A stretch of 54,416 bases of DNA from an uncultured Hyphomicrobiales bacterium (GTDB lineage Bacteria > Bacteroidota > Ignavibacteria > Kapaibacteriales > UBA2268), in contig CAZEHW010000001.1 in assembly GCA_964511865.1 (NCBI GenBank), forward strand, positions 1-54,416, given 5' to 3'. Made by a program: the position numbers and the translations under genes. Under the pieces are notes generated by a model that saw only the letters and a list, made by a program, of their open reading frames with translations, had not been told where the DNA came from and made no database searches. Shown one piece after another: positions 1-8,861 of this stretch. Within the stretch, counting starts at the first letter, position 1. Every line of letters begins with the position of its first letter.

Positions 1-1448
1 TTAATATCAAACAAAGCTTCTCCATTACCTCCAACGGTATTTGCGTCGGTCGAAAGAAATTCCATATAATTGTTACCTTGTTTAATATTAGCAAGCCGGT
101 AAGATTGCCTTACTAACTGACCATCAATACTCATCGTTAATTTGTCCGTTAAATTATAACGTTCACCAATAAATATCGAAAAAATATCCCGTTCACCCTC
201 GTTATAATAAAATTTATAATCAGGGTCATAAGCAGGTGGGAAGTATTCCGAATATTTAATTTGTCCGTAATGTTCCGACCTGTGTATTCTCATCTCAGCA
301 CCAATTGAGAATTCACCATTACCATGATTCCAATGCAATCTTGGAATCCATCCACCATGCTTGTTGCTGACAGTACCTCTAAGCAATGAATTTTTAGTAG
401 TCATTGTCGAATCGGGAAACTGATAATCATTTGCAAACCAATCCTTCAAAAAACCATCTGCCCATGAACCGTCATAATCAAAATATCCGTCACCGGTATA
501 ATAAAATAAGGAAGAACGGAATGTGAGATTTTCATTGATAAACCAGTCGTTCAAAATCTCATAATGAGGTTGTGAAAATTCCTCAATTTCCTGCTTTCTT
601 CTTGGAACATAGGGCAGAGATAATTCCCTTGGACCGGAATATTCCCAATAAGACGGATTAATCCTTCTCAAATTCAAATCTTTGATATACTCCTTTGGCA
701 GACCGGTATATCCCAAACCATCGGATATAGGACCTCCGTAAATATTAATCTGAGTTGTAAAATTATCATCAAATCTAACGGCACTTAGGAAATAACTGTT
801 AAGGTATGCCCACATATTATCCCGATAACCCTGTGAGTTAATTCTCGACAGTCTGCCATACACTGCATAATTCCCAACCATTCCTGATGATATCTCCAAA
901 GAATATTTACTCATAGTCGGTTGAATTGTACCTTCACTGGCACCGTATTCCTGCCATCCAATTCCGGAATAAACTTTCACTCCGGGTTGATTGACAAAAT
1001 TCGATGTAGTAAGATTTATACTTCCACCAATGGAAGCCGCACCATAATTTACAATCCCTGCTCCACGTTGAATCTGGATGTTATCTGCATTTGAAGCAAT
1101 ATCCGACATGTCAATCCAAAAGACATTATGCTCTTCAGGGTCATTTTGCGGTATTCCATTAACGAAAACAGAAATCCTGTGCTGACTGAATCCACGCATT
1201 GTTAAATAAGAATAGCCAATACTGTTTCCGCTTTCGGAATACGAAATAATTGACGGCAATTCCGAAAGCAATTCAGGTACATCCCGAATAATATAAGTTT
1301 TTTGAATTTCTGCCTGCGAAAAATTTGTAAAAGGTACAGCAGTTTTTCCTTCTTCTGCTTTATCGGCTGTAACTGTTACGCTCGGTGTTTTATAAACAGT
1401 CAGCGAATCAGCCTCAGGTTCTGTAGCAGAAAATGATGAGCTTGTCAT
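1..1448 (-). CDS. TonB-dependent outer-membrane receptor, N-terminal part (ORF runs off the left edge)
   Basis: Absent from the ORF track because no stop lies inside the window. My minus-strand translation gives ..FIFFVLILMTSSSFSATEPEADSLTVYKTPSVTVTADK..VPELLSELPSIISYSESGNSIGYSYLTMRGFSQHRISVFVNGIPQNDPEEHNVFWIDM..IQIQRGAGIVNYGAASIGGSINL, a signal-like segment followed by a TonB-receptor plug domain. The first in-frame ATG is at 1448, and the hydrophobic leader continues upstream to about 1487, so the true start is uncertain. Confidence 0.8.
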   Translation of the reverse strand, partial: MTSSSFSATEPEADSLTVYKTPSVTVTADKAEEGKTAVPFTNFSQAEIQKTYIIRDVPELLSELPSIISYSESGNSIGYSYLTMRGFSQHRISVFVNGIPQNDPEEHNVFWIDMSDIASNADNIQIQRGAGIVNYGAASIGGSINLTTSNFVNQPGVKVYSGIGWQEYGASEGTIQPTMSKYSLEISSGMVGNYAVYGRLSRINSQGYRDNMWAYLNSYFLSAVRFDDNFTTQINIYGGPISDGLGYTGLPKEYIKDLNLRRINPSYWEYSGPRELSLPYVPRRKQEIEEFSQPHYEILNDWFINENLTFRSSLFYYTGDGYFDYDGSWADGFLKDWFANDYQFPDSTMTTKNSLLRGTVSNKHGGWIPRLHWNHGNGEFSIGAEMRIHRSEHYGQIKYSEYFPPAYDPDYKFYYNEGERDIFSIFIGERYNLTDKLTMSIDGQLVRQSYRLANIKQGNNYMEFLSTDANTVGGNGEALFDI

Positions 1449-1488
1449 CAATATTAAAACGAAAAAAATGAACGCAAAGCTAAAAATG

Positions 1489-1716
1489 TCATTCAGAGCG
1501 AAACGCAGTGGAGCGAAGAATCCAGAAAAAGAAGAACTGGATTCCTCACTGCGTTCGGAATGACAAAAAATAAACCTGTCATCCTGAGCATGTCGAAGTA
1601 CGACTTCTCCCTTTTCCCTTTTCCCTTCTCCCTTTTCCCTTTTCCAGTCATCCTGAGCTTGTCGAAGGATGAACACACCCCGTCCCTGCGGGACACCCCT
1701 CTCGAGAGGGGATTTT
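1489..1716 (-). repeat. Composite modular repeat in the riboswitch-to-receptor leader
   Basis: Read in minus-strand sense, the order is: CCCCTCTCGAGAGGGG hairpin with GGGTGTGTTC (1674-1716); CCTTCGACAAGCTCAGGATGAC box (1647-1675); six GA heptads GGAAAAG/GGAGAAG (1605-1645); a second box CTTCGACATGCTCAGGATGAC (1578-1604); and a long imperfect hairpin GTCATTCCGAACGCAGTGAGGAATCC..GGATTCTTCGCTCCACTGCGTTTCGCTCTGAATGAC (1489-1565). Every module recurs elsewhere in the window. Confidence 0.85.
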
Positions 1717-1842
1717 ATTTTATTGGTTATAAAAACATTTTTCATAACGCATCTCCTACGGAATAATTAAACATAATTATTACCGTTGAATTAGCTTGTT
1801 TTTGGAGAAAATACGTTTTTTTATGTGAGAAATTATGTACCA

Positions 1843-1950
1843 TTTTCCCTACGCCGGCATTACCCGGATCAGGTTCAAAGAGTGTTATCTCAGCCTCGCA
1901 ATATTTTCTCCTCGGATTCATCATCCGGGCGAAGCACCTCCAACGTCTAA
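1843..1950 (-). promoter_or_regulatory. TPP (thiamine pyrophosphate) riboswitch aptamer
   Basis: The minus strand reads GGAGGUGC..CUUCGC..GCGAGGCUGAGAUAACACUCUUUGAACCUGAUCCGGGUAAUGCCGGCGUAGGGAA. This matches the conserved THI-element cores: GGxGUGC at 1934-1941, CUGAGA at 1888-1893, CCUGAUC at 1867-1873, and UAAUGCCxGCGUAGGGAA ending at 1845. CUUCGC/GCGAGG can form P3. It lies upstream of the TonB receptor on the same strand. Confidence 0.85.
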
Positions 1951-2266
1951 TACGAAATTAAAACATTTTTTTGGTTTTTCAAAATGTTTAAATAAGTAAA
2001 AGACTGGCAATTATTACAATAGATTAAGTTAGAATATTTTTATAAACCTTTTCGTATAATGTTTACTATTATGCCTAATAACAGTATAAGTGAAATTATG
2101 ATTCAAATTTTCTGCATATGTATTTTAATGATTTTGAAAAATTTATTCTTGTTTTTTATAAAAATTCTTGAATAAATGATTAATTGACTTAACTAACTAA
2201 AATATTTTGTAATTTTGAAGAAATATAGACTGAAATCAAAACATCTTTTAAATAAAAAATAATGTT

Positions 2267-4243
2267 ATGAAAAGATATTATTATTCAAATACTATTGTAA
2301 ATTTTATTAAAGATTCTAAAAATGAAATTCTGGGTTCACTTTCTCAACATAATGAGTTTAGTTTAGAACAGACACAAAGATTTGCTTGGACACAGGAAAT
2401 TGATATATTAAAAGTAATATTACAAAATTATTCAGGCTCAATTTATTTTGAGTATTCTATCCCAAGAATGGGGCGAAGAATTGATGTTATTCTGATTATT
2501 CAAAATGTAATATTCGTATTAGAATTCAAAATAGGTGAAAAAGAATTTTTATTGAGCTCTCTTGATCAAGTTTGGGATTATGCTCTTGATTTAAAATACT
2601 TCCATGAAACAAGTCATGACAATGTAATTGCACCAATATTGATTTCGACAGAAGCAAAAAACGTTGAATATAGTATTATCTCAACATCTCATAATGACAA
2701 TCTTCTATTTCCAATAAAGACCAACTGTGATTTACTTAAAGAAGTAATCGATAATGTTCTCCTGTTTTCTGATGATGAAACCATTGATCCTGAATATTGG
2801 GTCAGAGGAAAATATTCTCCAACACCAACAATTATTGAAGCTGCGATGGCTTTATATAACAACCATTCAGTTGCAGAGATATCAAGAAGCGATGCTTCTG
2901 CTATTAATTTAAATGAGACAAGTAATGCTATTTCTGAAGTAATTGAAAAAGCAAAAGTTAATAATCAAAAAGTCATCTGCTTTGTTACTGGAGTACCAGG
3001 GGCAGGAAAAACTTTAGTAGGTCTAAATATTGCAACAAAGCATCTAGACAAAGAGAAAAATACAACAAGTGTTTTTCTTTCTGGAAATGGACCTTTAGTT
3101 GCTATATTAAGAGAAGCACTTACCAGAGATAAAGTAAAAAGAATTAAAGAAAATGGTAATAAAATCAAAAAAGGTGAAGTATTAAGGGAAGTTAAAATGT
3201 TTATCCAGAATGTTCATCATTTCAGAGATGAGTGTTTAATTGATTTTACTAATCCACCCTTTGATCATGTTGCCATTTTTGATGAAGCTCAGCGTGCTTG
3301 GAATAAAACTCAAACAGCAAACTTTATGAAACGCAAAAAAAGTGTCCCTAATTTCACTTATTCAGAACCTGAGTTTTTGATTTCTTGCATGGATAGGCAT
3401 ATTGATTGGGCGGTTATTATTTGTCTTGTTGGAGGTGGTCAGGAAATAAATACAGGTGAAGCAGGAATTAGCGAATGGATAGATTCTTTAAATCGTTCTT
3501 TCCCTCAATGGCATGTTTATGTGTCTTCAAGGTTGACTGATAGTGAATATGATGCTGGTACTGTTCTTAAAAAACTCGAAACAAGGAAAAATATTTTTAA
3601 AAAAGAAGAATTCCATTTAGCAGTTTCAATACGTTCTTTTAGAGCTGAGCATCTATCTTCCTTGATAAAAAACATTCTTGATTTAAATATTCAAAATGCA
3701 AAAGAAGATTTAGCTCGAATAAAAGAAAAATATCCAATTGTAATAACTCGAAATTTGAATAATGCTAAAATATGGCTTAAAGAAAAAGCGAGAGGAAGCG
3801 AAAGATATGGAATAATTGTTTCTTCTGAAGCTCAAAGGCTGAAACCTCATGCAATAGACGTTAAATCACCTGTGAACCCTATCCATTGGTTCTTAAATGG
3901 CAAGGAAGATGTTCGGTCTTCTTATTATCTTGAAGATGTTGCTACTGAATTTCATGTTCAAGGTTTAGAATTAGATTGGGCTTGCGTTACCTGGGATGCG
4001 GATTTTAGATATTCCACAAATGGCTGGAGATATTTCTCTTTTGTTGGGGATAGGTGGAATAATATTAAAAAAGAAGAAAGAAAACAATATTTAAAAAATT
4101 CATATAGGGTTTTACTCACAAGAGCGAGGCAAGGAATGATAATAGTTGTTCCTGAAGGTGTTGATGAAGATACAACAAGAAATCCTACTTTTTATGATTT
4201 AACCTTCAATTATTTAAAAGATATTGGTTTTGATATTATCTAA
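2267..4243 (+). CDS. PD-(D/E)xK nuclease-like N-domain fused to a P-loop SF1-type helicase/ATPase (DUF2075-like)
   Basis: 658 aa. The N-terminal segment [19 protein letters not shown] carries the D..ExK pattern (D73, E86, K88). Walker A is GVPGAGKT (2990-3013) and Walker B is IFDEAQ (DEAQ at 3281-3292). The C-terminal [16 protein letters not shown] resembles UvrD/SF1 motif VI. Confidence 0.7.
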   Translation: MKRYYYSNTIVNFIKDSKNEILGSLSQHNEFSLEQTQRFAWTQEIDILKVILQNYSGSIYFEYSIPRMGRRIDVILIIQNVIFVLEFKIGEKEFLLSSLDQVWDYALDLKYFHETSHDNVIAPILISTEAKNVEYSIISTSHNDNLLFPIKTNCDLLKEVIDNVLLFSDDETIDPEYWVRGKYSPTPTIIEAAMALYNNHSVAEISRSDASAINLNETSNAISEVIEKAKVNNQKVICFVTGVPGAGKTLVGLNIATKHLDKEKNTTSVFLSGNGPLVAILREALTRDKVKRIKENGNKIKKGEVLREVKMFIQNVHHFRDECLIDFTNPPFDHVAIFDEAQRAWNKTQTANFMKRKKSVPNFTYSEPEFLISCMDRHIDWAVIICLVGGGQEINTGEAGISEWIDSLNRSFPQWHVYVSSRLTDSEYDAGTVLKKLETRKNIFKKEEFHLAVSIRSFRAEHLSSLIKNILDLNIQNAKEDLARIKEKYPIVITRNLNNAKIWLKEKARGSERYGIIVSSEAQRLKPHAIDVKSPVNPIHWFLNGKEDVRSSYYLEDVATEFHVQGLELDWACVTWDADFRYSTNGWRYFSFVGDRWNNIKKEERKQYLKNSYRVLLTRARQGMIIVVPEGVDEDTTRNPTFYDLTFNYLKDIGFDII

Positions 4244-4397
4244 TCAAAAAGTTAGACATTTATAAAAAAGTGGATTGAATCAATGGAATGTTGTGGGTAG
4301 AAAAAGAGTAATCGGTGAGATATATACAAATTCCATCTGCTATACTTCACATATTCCCCGAATATTTCCAAAAAAGAGATAAAGAATTTCTTGGCAA

Positions 4398-4997
4398 TTA
4401 CTCAACCATTTTCGACTTTAACTGCGACAAATCAAAATCATTGGGAAGTCCTTGCGGAAACCTCGAAAATTTCTTTGCTCTTTGCCACCAGTCATAATTC
4501 GGTGAATAATTTATAAATCTATTGCGGTCCGATTCTCCGACTGTAGCCGCTGTTCCAAATAAGAGCCATGCGGGTGCGGAAAAAATCAATGGAATTCCGT
4601 GGCTCAGAGTTGAAAGAGTACCTAAAACTGTCCAAAGTGCCAGTCCTCCTTTTTTGTCAGTAGCTATCTCCAATTCTGCTTTGTATATTCTCAGGTAATT
4701 AATTTTTAGAACTTTATTATTATGCAAAACATAAACCAAACTGTCCTGAAAACAAATAAATTCTCCTCCGCCAACATTCAAATCTTTGTATGAGAAATTA
4801 TCGTCAAAATCCTCAATAGATTTTACCTTATCCGGCAATACCTTAAGCTGTATCCACCCACCCCATGCATTGAAATTTACATTGCTTGGTGATTCCAGCC
4901 AACCCCTTGGTGCCTTGGTAGTAGAGCATCCTGAAACAATCAAAGCTATAATGAAAACCATCACTCCAATTCTTAACTGAAGTTTGAACAATGACAT
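4398..4997 (-). CDS. Hypothetical lipoprotein
   Basis: The ORF track starts at 5120, but residues 22-41 are a translated GA-heptad repeat and overlap the upstream gene. The internal start MSLFKLQLRIGVMVFIIALIVSGC at 4997 gives a signal peptide with a lipobox. Confidence 0.6.
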   Translation of the reverse strand: MSLFKLQLRIGVMVFIIALIVSGCSTTKAPRGWLESPSNVNFNAWGGWIQLKVLPDKVKSIEDFDDNFSYKDLNVGGGEFICFQDSLVYVLHNNKVLKINYLRIYKAELEIATDKKGGLALWTVLGTLSTLSHGIPLIFSAPAWLLFGTAATVGESDRNRFINYSPNYDWWQRAKKFSRFPQGLPNDFDLSQLKSKMVE

Positions 4998-5010
4998 TTT
5001 AGCAATGGCT

Positions 5011-5047
5011 CTCTTTTCCCTTCTCCCTTTTCCCTTTTCCTTCCTTC
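5011..5047 (-). repeat. GA-heptad block (purine strand = sense strand)
   Basis: The minus strand reads GGAAGGAAAAGGGAAAAGGGAGAAGGGAAAAGAG. It fills the spacer between the stop of 5047..6642 and the ATG at 4997. Confidence 0.8.
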
Positions 5048-6642
5048 TATCTAACATACTTACTCCTCCAAAAAGATTCTTCCATATTGGGTTCCAGTTT
5101 CTTAAATTCAGGTGCAACATCTTTGAAAAATTGCTTCGGATTTAATATTAGTTTTGAAAGCATCAAAGGATTTTCATTTTCCGTCCATTCCTTTCTCATC
5201 CATTCAATGTAATATCCCTTGCTTTCGAGGAAAAATTCATAGTCCTGAGTTTCGTCCGGTAGTGTGTAATTGATTAAGTATTCATCCCCCGGGAGTGTTG
5301 CAAGAGTTTGGAAATTATTCGTTAACTCTTTAAATGCCTTTTTATCATGTAAATTTTCCTTAATGACATAAGACGGTTGAATCCTGATTGGTTGAACTTC
5401 TTCAATATCATTTGCAAGTGCCAAGTAATCGAGTCTCCAAAGTCCTTTGGCCAGTTCAAGTCGTAGTTTACAGTCGCCCTGAATGTTTTTGTTTAATTTT
5501 AATAATTGAATATCAGTAGAAATCGGACCTAACTCAAAATATTCTCCGATATACTCCCAATTTCCCTTTTCATCCTGAATACAAACCTTAATACCACCGA
5601 GAACTTCTTTAGAGCCATATACACTTTTCATAAAGCTCCCATCATCTCTTTCCAGCATTGCAAAATATTCTCCTGCAGAATTGCCCATATATCCTAATGT
5701 GCTGTAGAAGATGAATGTTGTCATCAGGGTTTGTCTGAATGCAAGAATTATTCCCTTATCTCCCGCAGGTAAATCTTTGAAATCAACTTCGATAATTTCT
5801 TTTTTCGCCAAATCATTTGAATCAGCCGGACTGAACCTCTGATTATTATCAAATTTAATAAGTTTATCAGTTATTAAACCTTCTTCTGCTTCAACAGAAT
5901 TTGGAGAAATAATGGCATCTGTTTTGTAATATTTTTCTTCATTCCCGGCAAATACTCTGCTTTTTTCTGATTTCGGAACTGCAAGTATATCAGCATATCT
6001 TACGACATGAGTTTCCAGAGCTTCGTTTTTCATCTTTAGCAATAAATTGCCATTATCCGCTTTTGCAAAATAAAGAGCATCAATATCCTTATCCTCTAAA
6101 CTCGGAGCTATTGAACCTGAAAAACCTTCTGCCTGCAATTGCATCTCTTCTCCATTCGAAGCATAAAATGTAGGACATGACCCAAAACAGGATTTTGGAT
6201 TAAATATACAATAGACAGTTAACCCTAATGAAGCACCGGTTACTAAAGCCATAGTAATTATTGAAGGATTAGGATTCATCTCATTTGTTTCGACCAAAGC
6301 AATCTCTTTAATGGCTATTGTAAAATCATCTTTTTTGATAAGATTTCTGTTTGCATCAAAAAGTGCTCCGTAACCGGTAATAACAGAATCCCCGTCAAGT
6401 ATTTTCCAATCTTTCATTATGTAAACAGTTGCATCCTTCATGTGAAGTTTAAAAATATTTTCTTCAATATTTTCAAAATCATTTTTTACCTCTTTGAAAG
6501 CAGTAGGTTTGTCTTCAGGTTTAAATGTATATCTGGTATAGCTTGGAGGTCTGCTGCAAGAAAACAAAAGAACGGCAAACAAAATAATGATTCCCATTTT
6601 ATGTATGCTATGCATGAATAAATGCAAATTATATATTCTCAT
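5047..6642 (-). CDS. Hypothetical exported protein/lipoprotein, family not recognised
   Basis: 531 aa. The N-terminus contains LFAVLLFSCS, a lipobox, so Met16 at 6597 is a possible start. There is an internal hydrophobic helix followed by the Cys cluster YCIFNPKSCFGSCPTFY. Confidence 0.55.
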   Translation of the reverse strand: MRIYNLHLFMHSIHKMGIIILFAVLLFSCSRPPSYTRYTFKPEDKPTAFKEVKNDFENIEENIFKLHMKDATVYIMKDWKILDGDSVITGYGALFDANRNLIKKDDFTIAIKEIALVETNEMNPNPSIITMALVTGASLGLTVYCIFNPKSCFGSCPTFYASNGEEMQLQAEGFSGSIAPSLEDKDIDALYFAKADNGNLLLKMKNEALETHVVRYADILAVPKSEKSRVFAGNEEKYYKTDAIISPNSVEAEEGLITDKLIKFDNNQRFSPADSNDLAKKEIIEVDFKDLPAGDKGIILAFRQTLMTTFIFYSTLGYMGNSAGEYFAMLERDDGSFMKSVYGSKEVLGGIKVCIQDEKGNWEYIGEYFELGPISTDIQLLKLNKNIQGDCKLRLELAKGLWRLDYLALANDIEEVQPIRIQPSYVIKENLHDKKAFKELTNNFQTLATLPGDEYLINYTLPDETQDYEFFLESKGYYIEWMRKEWTENENPLMLSKLILNPKQFFKDVAPEFKKLEPNMEESFWRSKYVR

Positions 6643-6878
6643 ATTTGTTTTTTCGGTAAATTTAAACTAATATTTAGCATAAATTAAACAAAAAACAATT
6701 CTCTTTCAAATTATTTTTATATTTCAGATTTTTAAGAAAGTAATTATTTAAGTTTACATAGTTGATTTTCAAGTTTCTTGTTATATTTGAAATTTTAAGT
6801 AATTGACTTTGTCAAAATTTTAATAAAATTATTGCAAGTTATTCAGTACTTAATTTTTTTTATATTTTAGGTTGAAAT

Positions 6879-7217
6879 ATGGTAATACAAATATTCGGAA
6901 CAGTGAAATGCAAGGACACACAAAAAGCCATCCGTTTTTTTAAGGAACGGAAAATCCAGCCGCATTTTGTTGACCTTAAAGAAAAATCTGTTTCAAAAGG
7001 TGAACTTAAAAACATTTCCAGAGAAGTTCCTTTAGATGATCTGATTGACAGAGATTCAAAAGTATTCAAGCAAAAAGGACTTGAATTCATGGTTTTTGAT
7101 TTAGAAGAGACATTGCTGGAAAATCCTTTGCTTTTCAAAACTCCAATTGTCAGGCATGAGAAAAAAGCAACAATAGGTTACGAACCTGAAATTTGGAAAA
7201 AATGGTTAAAAGATTAA
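6879..7217 (+). CDS. ArsC/Spx-family thioredoxin-fold protein
   Basis: 112 aa. MVIQIFGTVKCKDTQKAIRFFKERKI..KTPIV fits the ArsC/Spx/YffB-type N-terminal Cys context and size. Confidence 0.65.
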   Translation: MVIQIFGTVKCKDTQKAIRFFKERKIQPHFVDLKEKSVSKGELKNISREVPLDDLIDRDSKVFKQKGLEFMVFDLEETLLENPLLFKTPIVRHEKKATIGYEPEIWKKWLKD

Positions 7218-7262
7218 ATTTAAAAATGCTATTTTTGAAATAAAAACTTTAGCAATTTAATT

Positions 7263-7904
7263 ATGAAACTAAATCAAAATACTTATTTGCTTGTTACAGT
7301 CGCATCTTTGATGTTAATATCAATTTTTGGATGCAGCACAGAGGATAAAAATTTGAATTTACCCAAATCGCCTCAGGATATTTCTCCGCTGATTATTGGA
7401 AAAAATATTCCTGATATGATGTTATCTGATATTTACGGAAATGCGGTTAATTTAAAAAAGATTATTTCTGAAAAACCGACCATACTATTTTTCTATCGGG
7501 GTATTTGGTGTATGTATTGCAATCAACAAATTTCACAGCTCCGGGAAATAAATCAGTTATTATCAGAAATGGGCTATCAGGTTATAGCTGTCAGTTCCGA
7601 CAAACTCTCAAAAAATATTGAGATGATACAAAAATACGAAGTCGAATTTCCGATTCTTTCAGACTCAACATTGTCAGGAGCCAAATCTCTTGGGATTGCC
7701 TATGATGCTTCTGAAATTTACAAGGACATGCTCTTGGTTCTCGAAGAAAATTCAGGAACTAATCATCATATTTTACCTGTTCCTGCTGTGTTTATTCTGA
7801 ATCAGGAAGGTACAATCATTTTTGAATATATTAATCCTGATTTTAAAATTAGAATTTCCCCTGAACTGTTAATTAGTGCGGCAAAGTTTGCTTATGAACA
7901 ATAA
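7263..7904 (+). CDS. Peroxiredoxin-like (AhpC/TSA redoxin family) lipoprotein
   Basis: Lipobox LISIFGCS. The redoxin motif is FFYRGIWCMYCNQQISQL. Confidence 0.7.
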   Translation: MKLNQNTYLLVTVASLMLISIFGCSTEDKNLNLPKSPQDISPLIIGKNIPDMMLSDIYGNAVNLKKIISEKPTILFFYRGIWCMYCNQQISQLREINQLLSEMGYQVIAVSSDKLSKNIEMIQKYEVEFPILSDSTLSGAKSLGIAYDASEIYKDMLLVLEENSGTNHHILPVPAVFILNQEGTIIFEYINPDFKIRISPELLISAAKFAYEQ

Positions 7905-7995
7905 ATATTTTTATAATTAATTAGTAAATTTACTAAGTACTCGATAAGCTATAGAACTTTAAAAACTTTAAAACTTTATACTTTAAAACTAAGAC

Positions 7996-8766
7996 ATGAT
8001 TGAAATAAAAAATTTATATAAATCTTTTGGCGAAAAGGCAGTTCTTAAGGGTGTCAGTCTTACCATTCCCGATGGCTCTGCAAAATGTATCATCGGCAAA
8101 TCGGGATGTGGAAAAAGTGTATTATTAAAGCATATTGTCGGTTTGCTCGAACCCGATGAAGGTGAAGTATTAGTTGACGGTAAAAGAGTACAGGACCTCG
8201 ATAACGACGATATTTTTGAAATGAGAAAACAGATTGGTTTTGTATTTCAGGGCTCGGCACTATTCGATTCATTAAATGTTTTTGAGAATGTAGTCCTTGG
8301 CTTATATGAGCATGGCAATAGAAACGAAATTGAATTAGAAAAAGAAGCCATACGCGTACTTTCAGCAGTGGGCTTGCTCCCCGAAAAAGATTCCAATTCA
8401 GACTTTGAAAAAGAATGGCAAATACTAAAGTATAAAAAACCTGCCGACCTTTCAGGCGGTATGAGAAAAAGAGTTGGTGTCGCCCGTGCATTAGTTGGAA
8501 GTCCCAACTACATTTTTTACGATGAACCAACTACTGGATTAGACCCTGTGAACTCCGAACAAATTGACCGGCTTATCGCTGACCTTTCAAAAAAACTCAA
8601 TGTAACATCAATTGTTATCACACACGACATGTTTTCAGTCTTTAGAATAGCAGACGATGTTGCTATGCTTGACGACGGGATTGTCAGTTTCGAAGGAAAG
8701 CCCGATGAATTTATCAAATCCGACAATCCTGCTGTCAGGGAATTTTTAGAAAGATACAAAGTTTGA
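7996..8766 (+). CDS. ABC transporter ATP-binding protein, MlaF-like
   Basis: Walker A GKSGCGKS, signature LSGGMRKRVGVARAL, Walker B IFYDEPTTGLD. No cognate permease gene is adjacent. Confidence 0.8.
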   Translation: MIEIKNLYKSFGEKAVLKGVSLTIPDGSAKCIIGKSGCGKSVLLKHIVGLLEPDEGEVLVDGKRVQDLDNDDIFEMRKQIGFVFQGSALFDSLNVFENVVLGLYEHGNRNEIELEKEAIRVLSAVGLLPEKDSNSDFEKEWQILKYKKPADLSGGMRKRVGVARALVGSPNYIFYDEPTTGLDPVNSEQIDRLIADLSKKLNVTSIVITHDMFSVFRIADDVAMLDDGIVSFEGKPDEFIKSDNPAVREFLERYKV

Positions 8767-8821
8767 TTGAACTTTGTATTATTCATTGATTTCTTAAATT
8801 TATTATACGATAAAAATAGCG

Positions 8822-8856
8822 AAAAAAAGGTAGGGGACGAATAAGCCCCCCACTAC
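8822..8856 (-). terminator. Candidate rho-independent terminator for the C25-like gene
   Basis: The minus strand reads GTAGTGGGGGGCTTATTCGTCCCCTAC followed by CTTTTTTT: an imperfect GC stem plus a T-run. Confidence 0.45.
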
Positions 8857-8861
8857 ATTTA

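Noticed and set aside
1493-1766. ORFs 1493..1696 (-) and 1560..1766 (+), and similarly 13404..13601, 31047..31319, 31120..31323 and 38001..38261.
   Set aside because: They are translations of the repeat modules (KGKGKREK, FPFPFSLFPF, FDKLRMT, PLERG). Pure purine or pure pyrimidine heptads cannot contain stop codons, so long open frames arise by construction. There are opposite-strand ORF pairs over the same DNA, with no start context.
4998-5120. N-terminal 41 residues of ORF 4398..5120.
   Set aside because: The extension runs through the GA-heptad block and overlaps the 3' end of the upstream gene. The Met at 4997 gives a canonical lipoprotein signal peptide.
7996-8766. The orphan MlaF-like ATPase, lacking adjacent MlaE/MlaD genes, as an anomaly.
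   Set aside because: ABC ATPases are often encoded apart from their partners. Nothing in the sequence itself is unusual.
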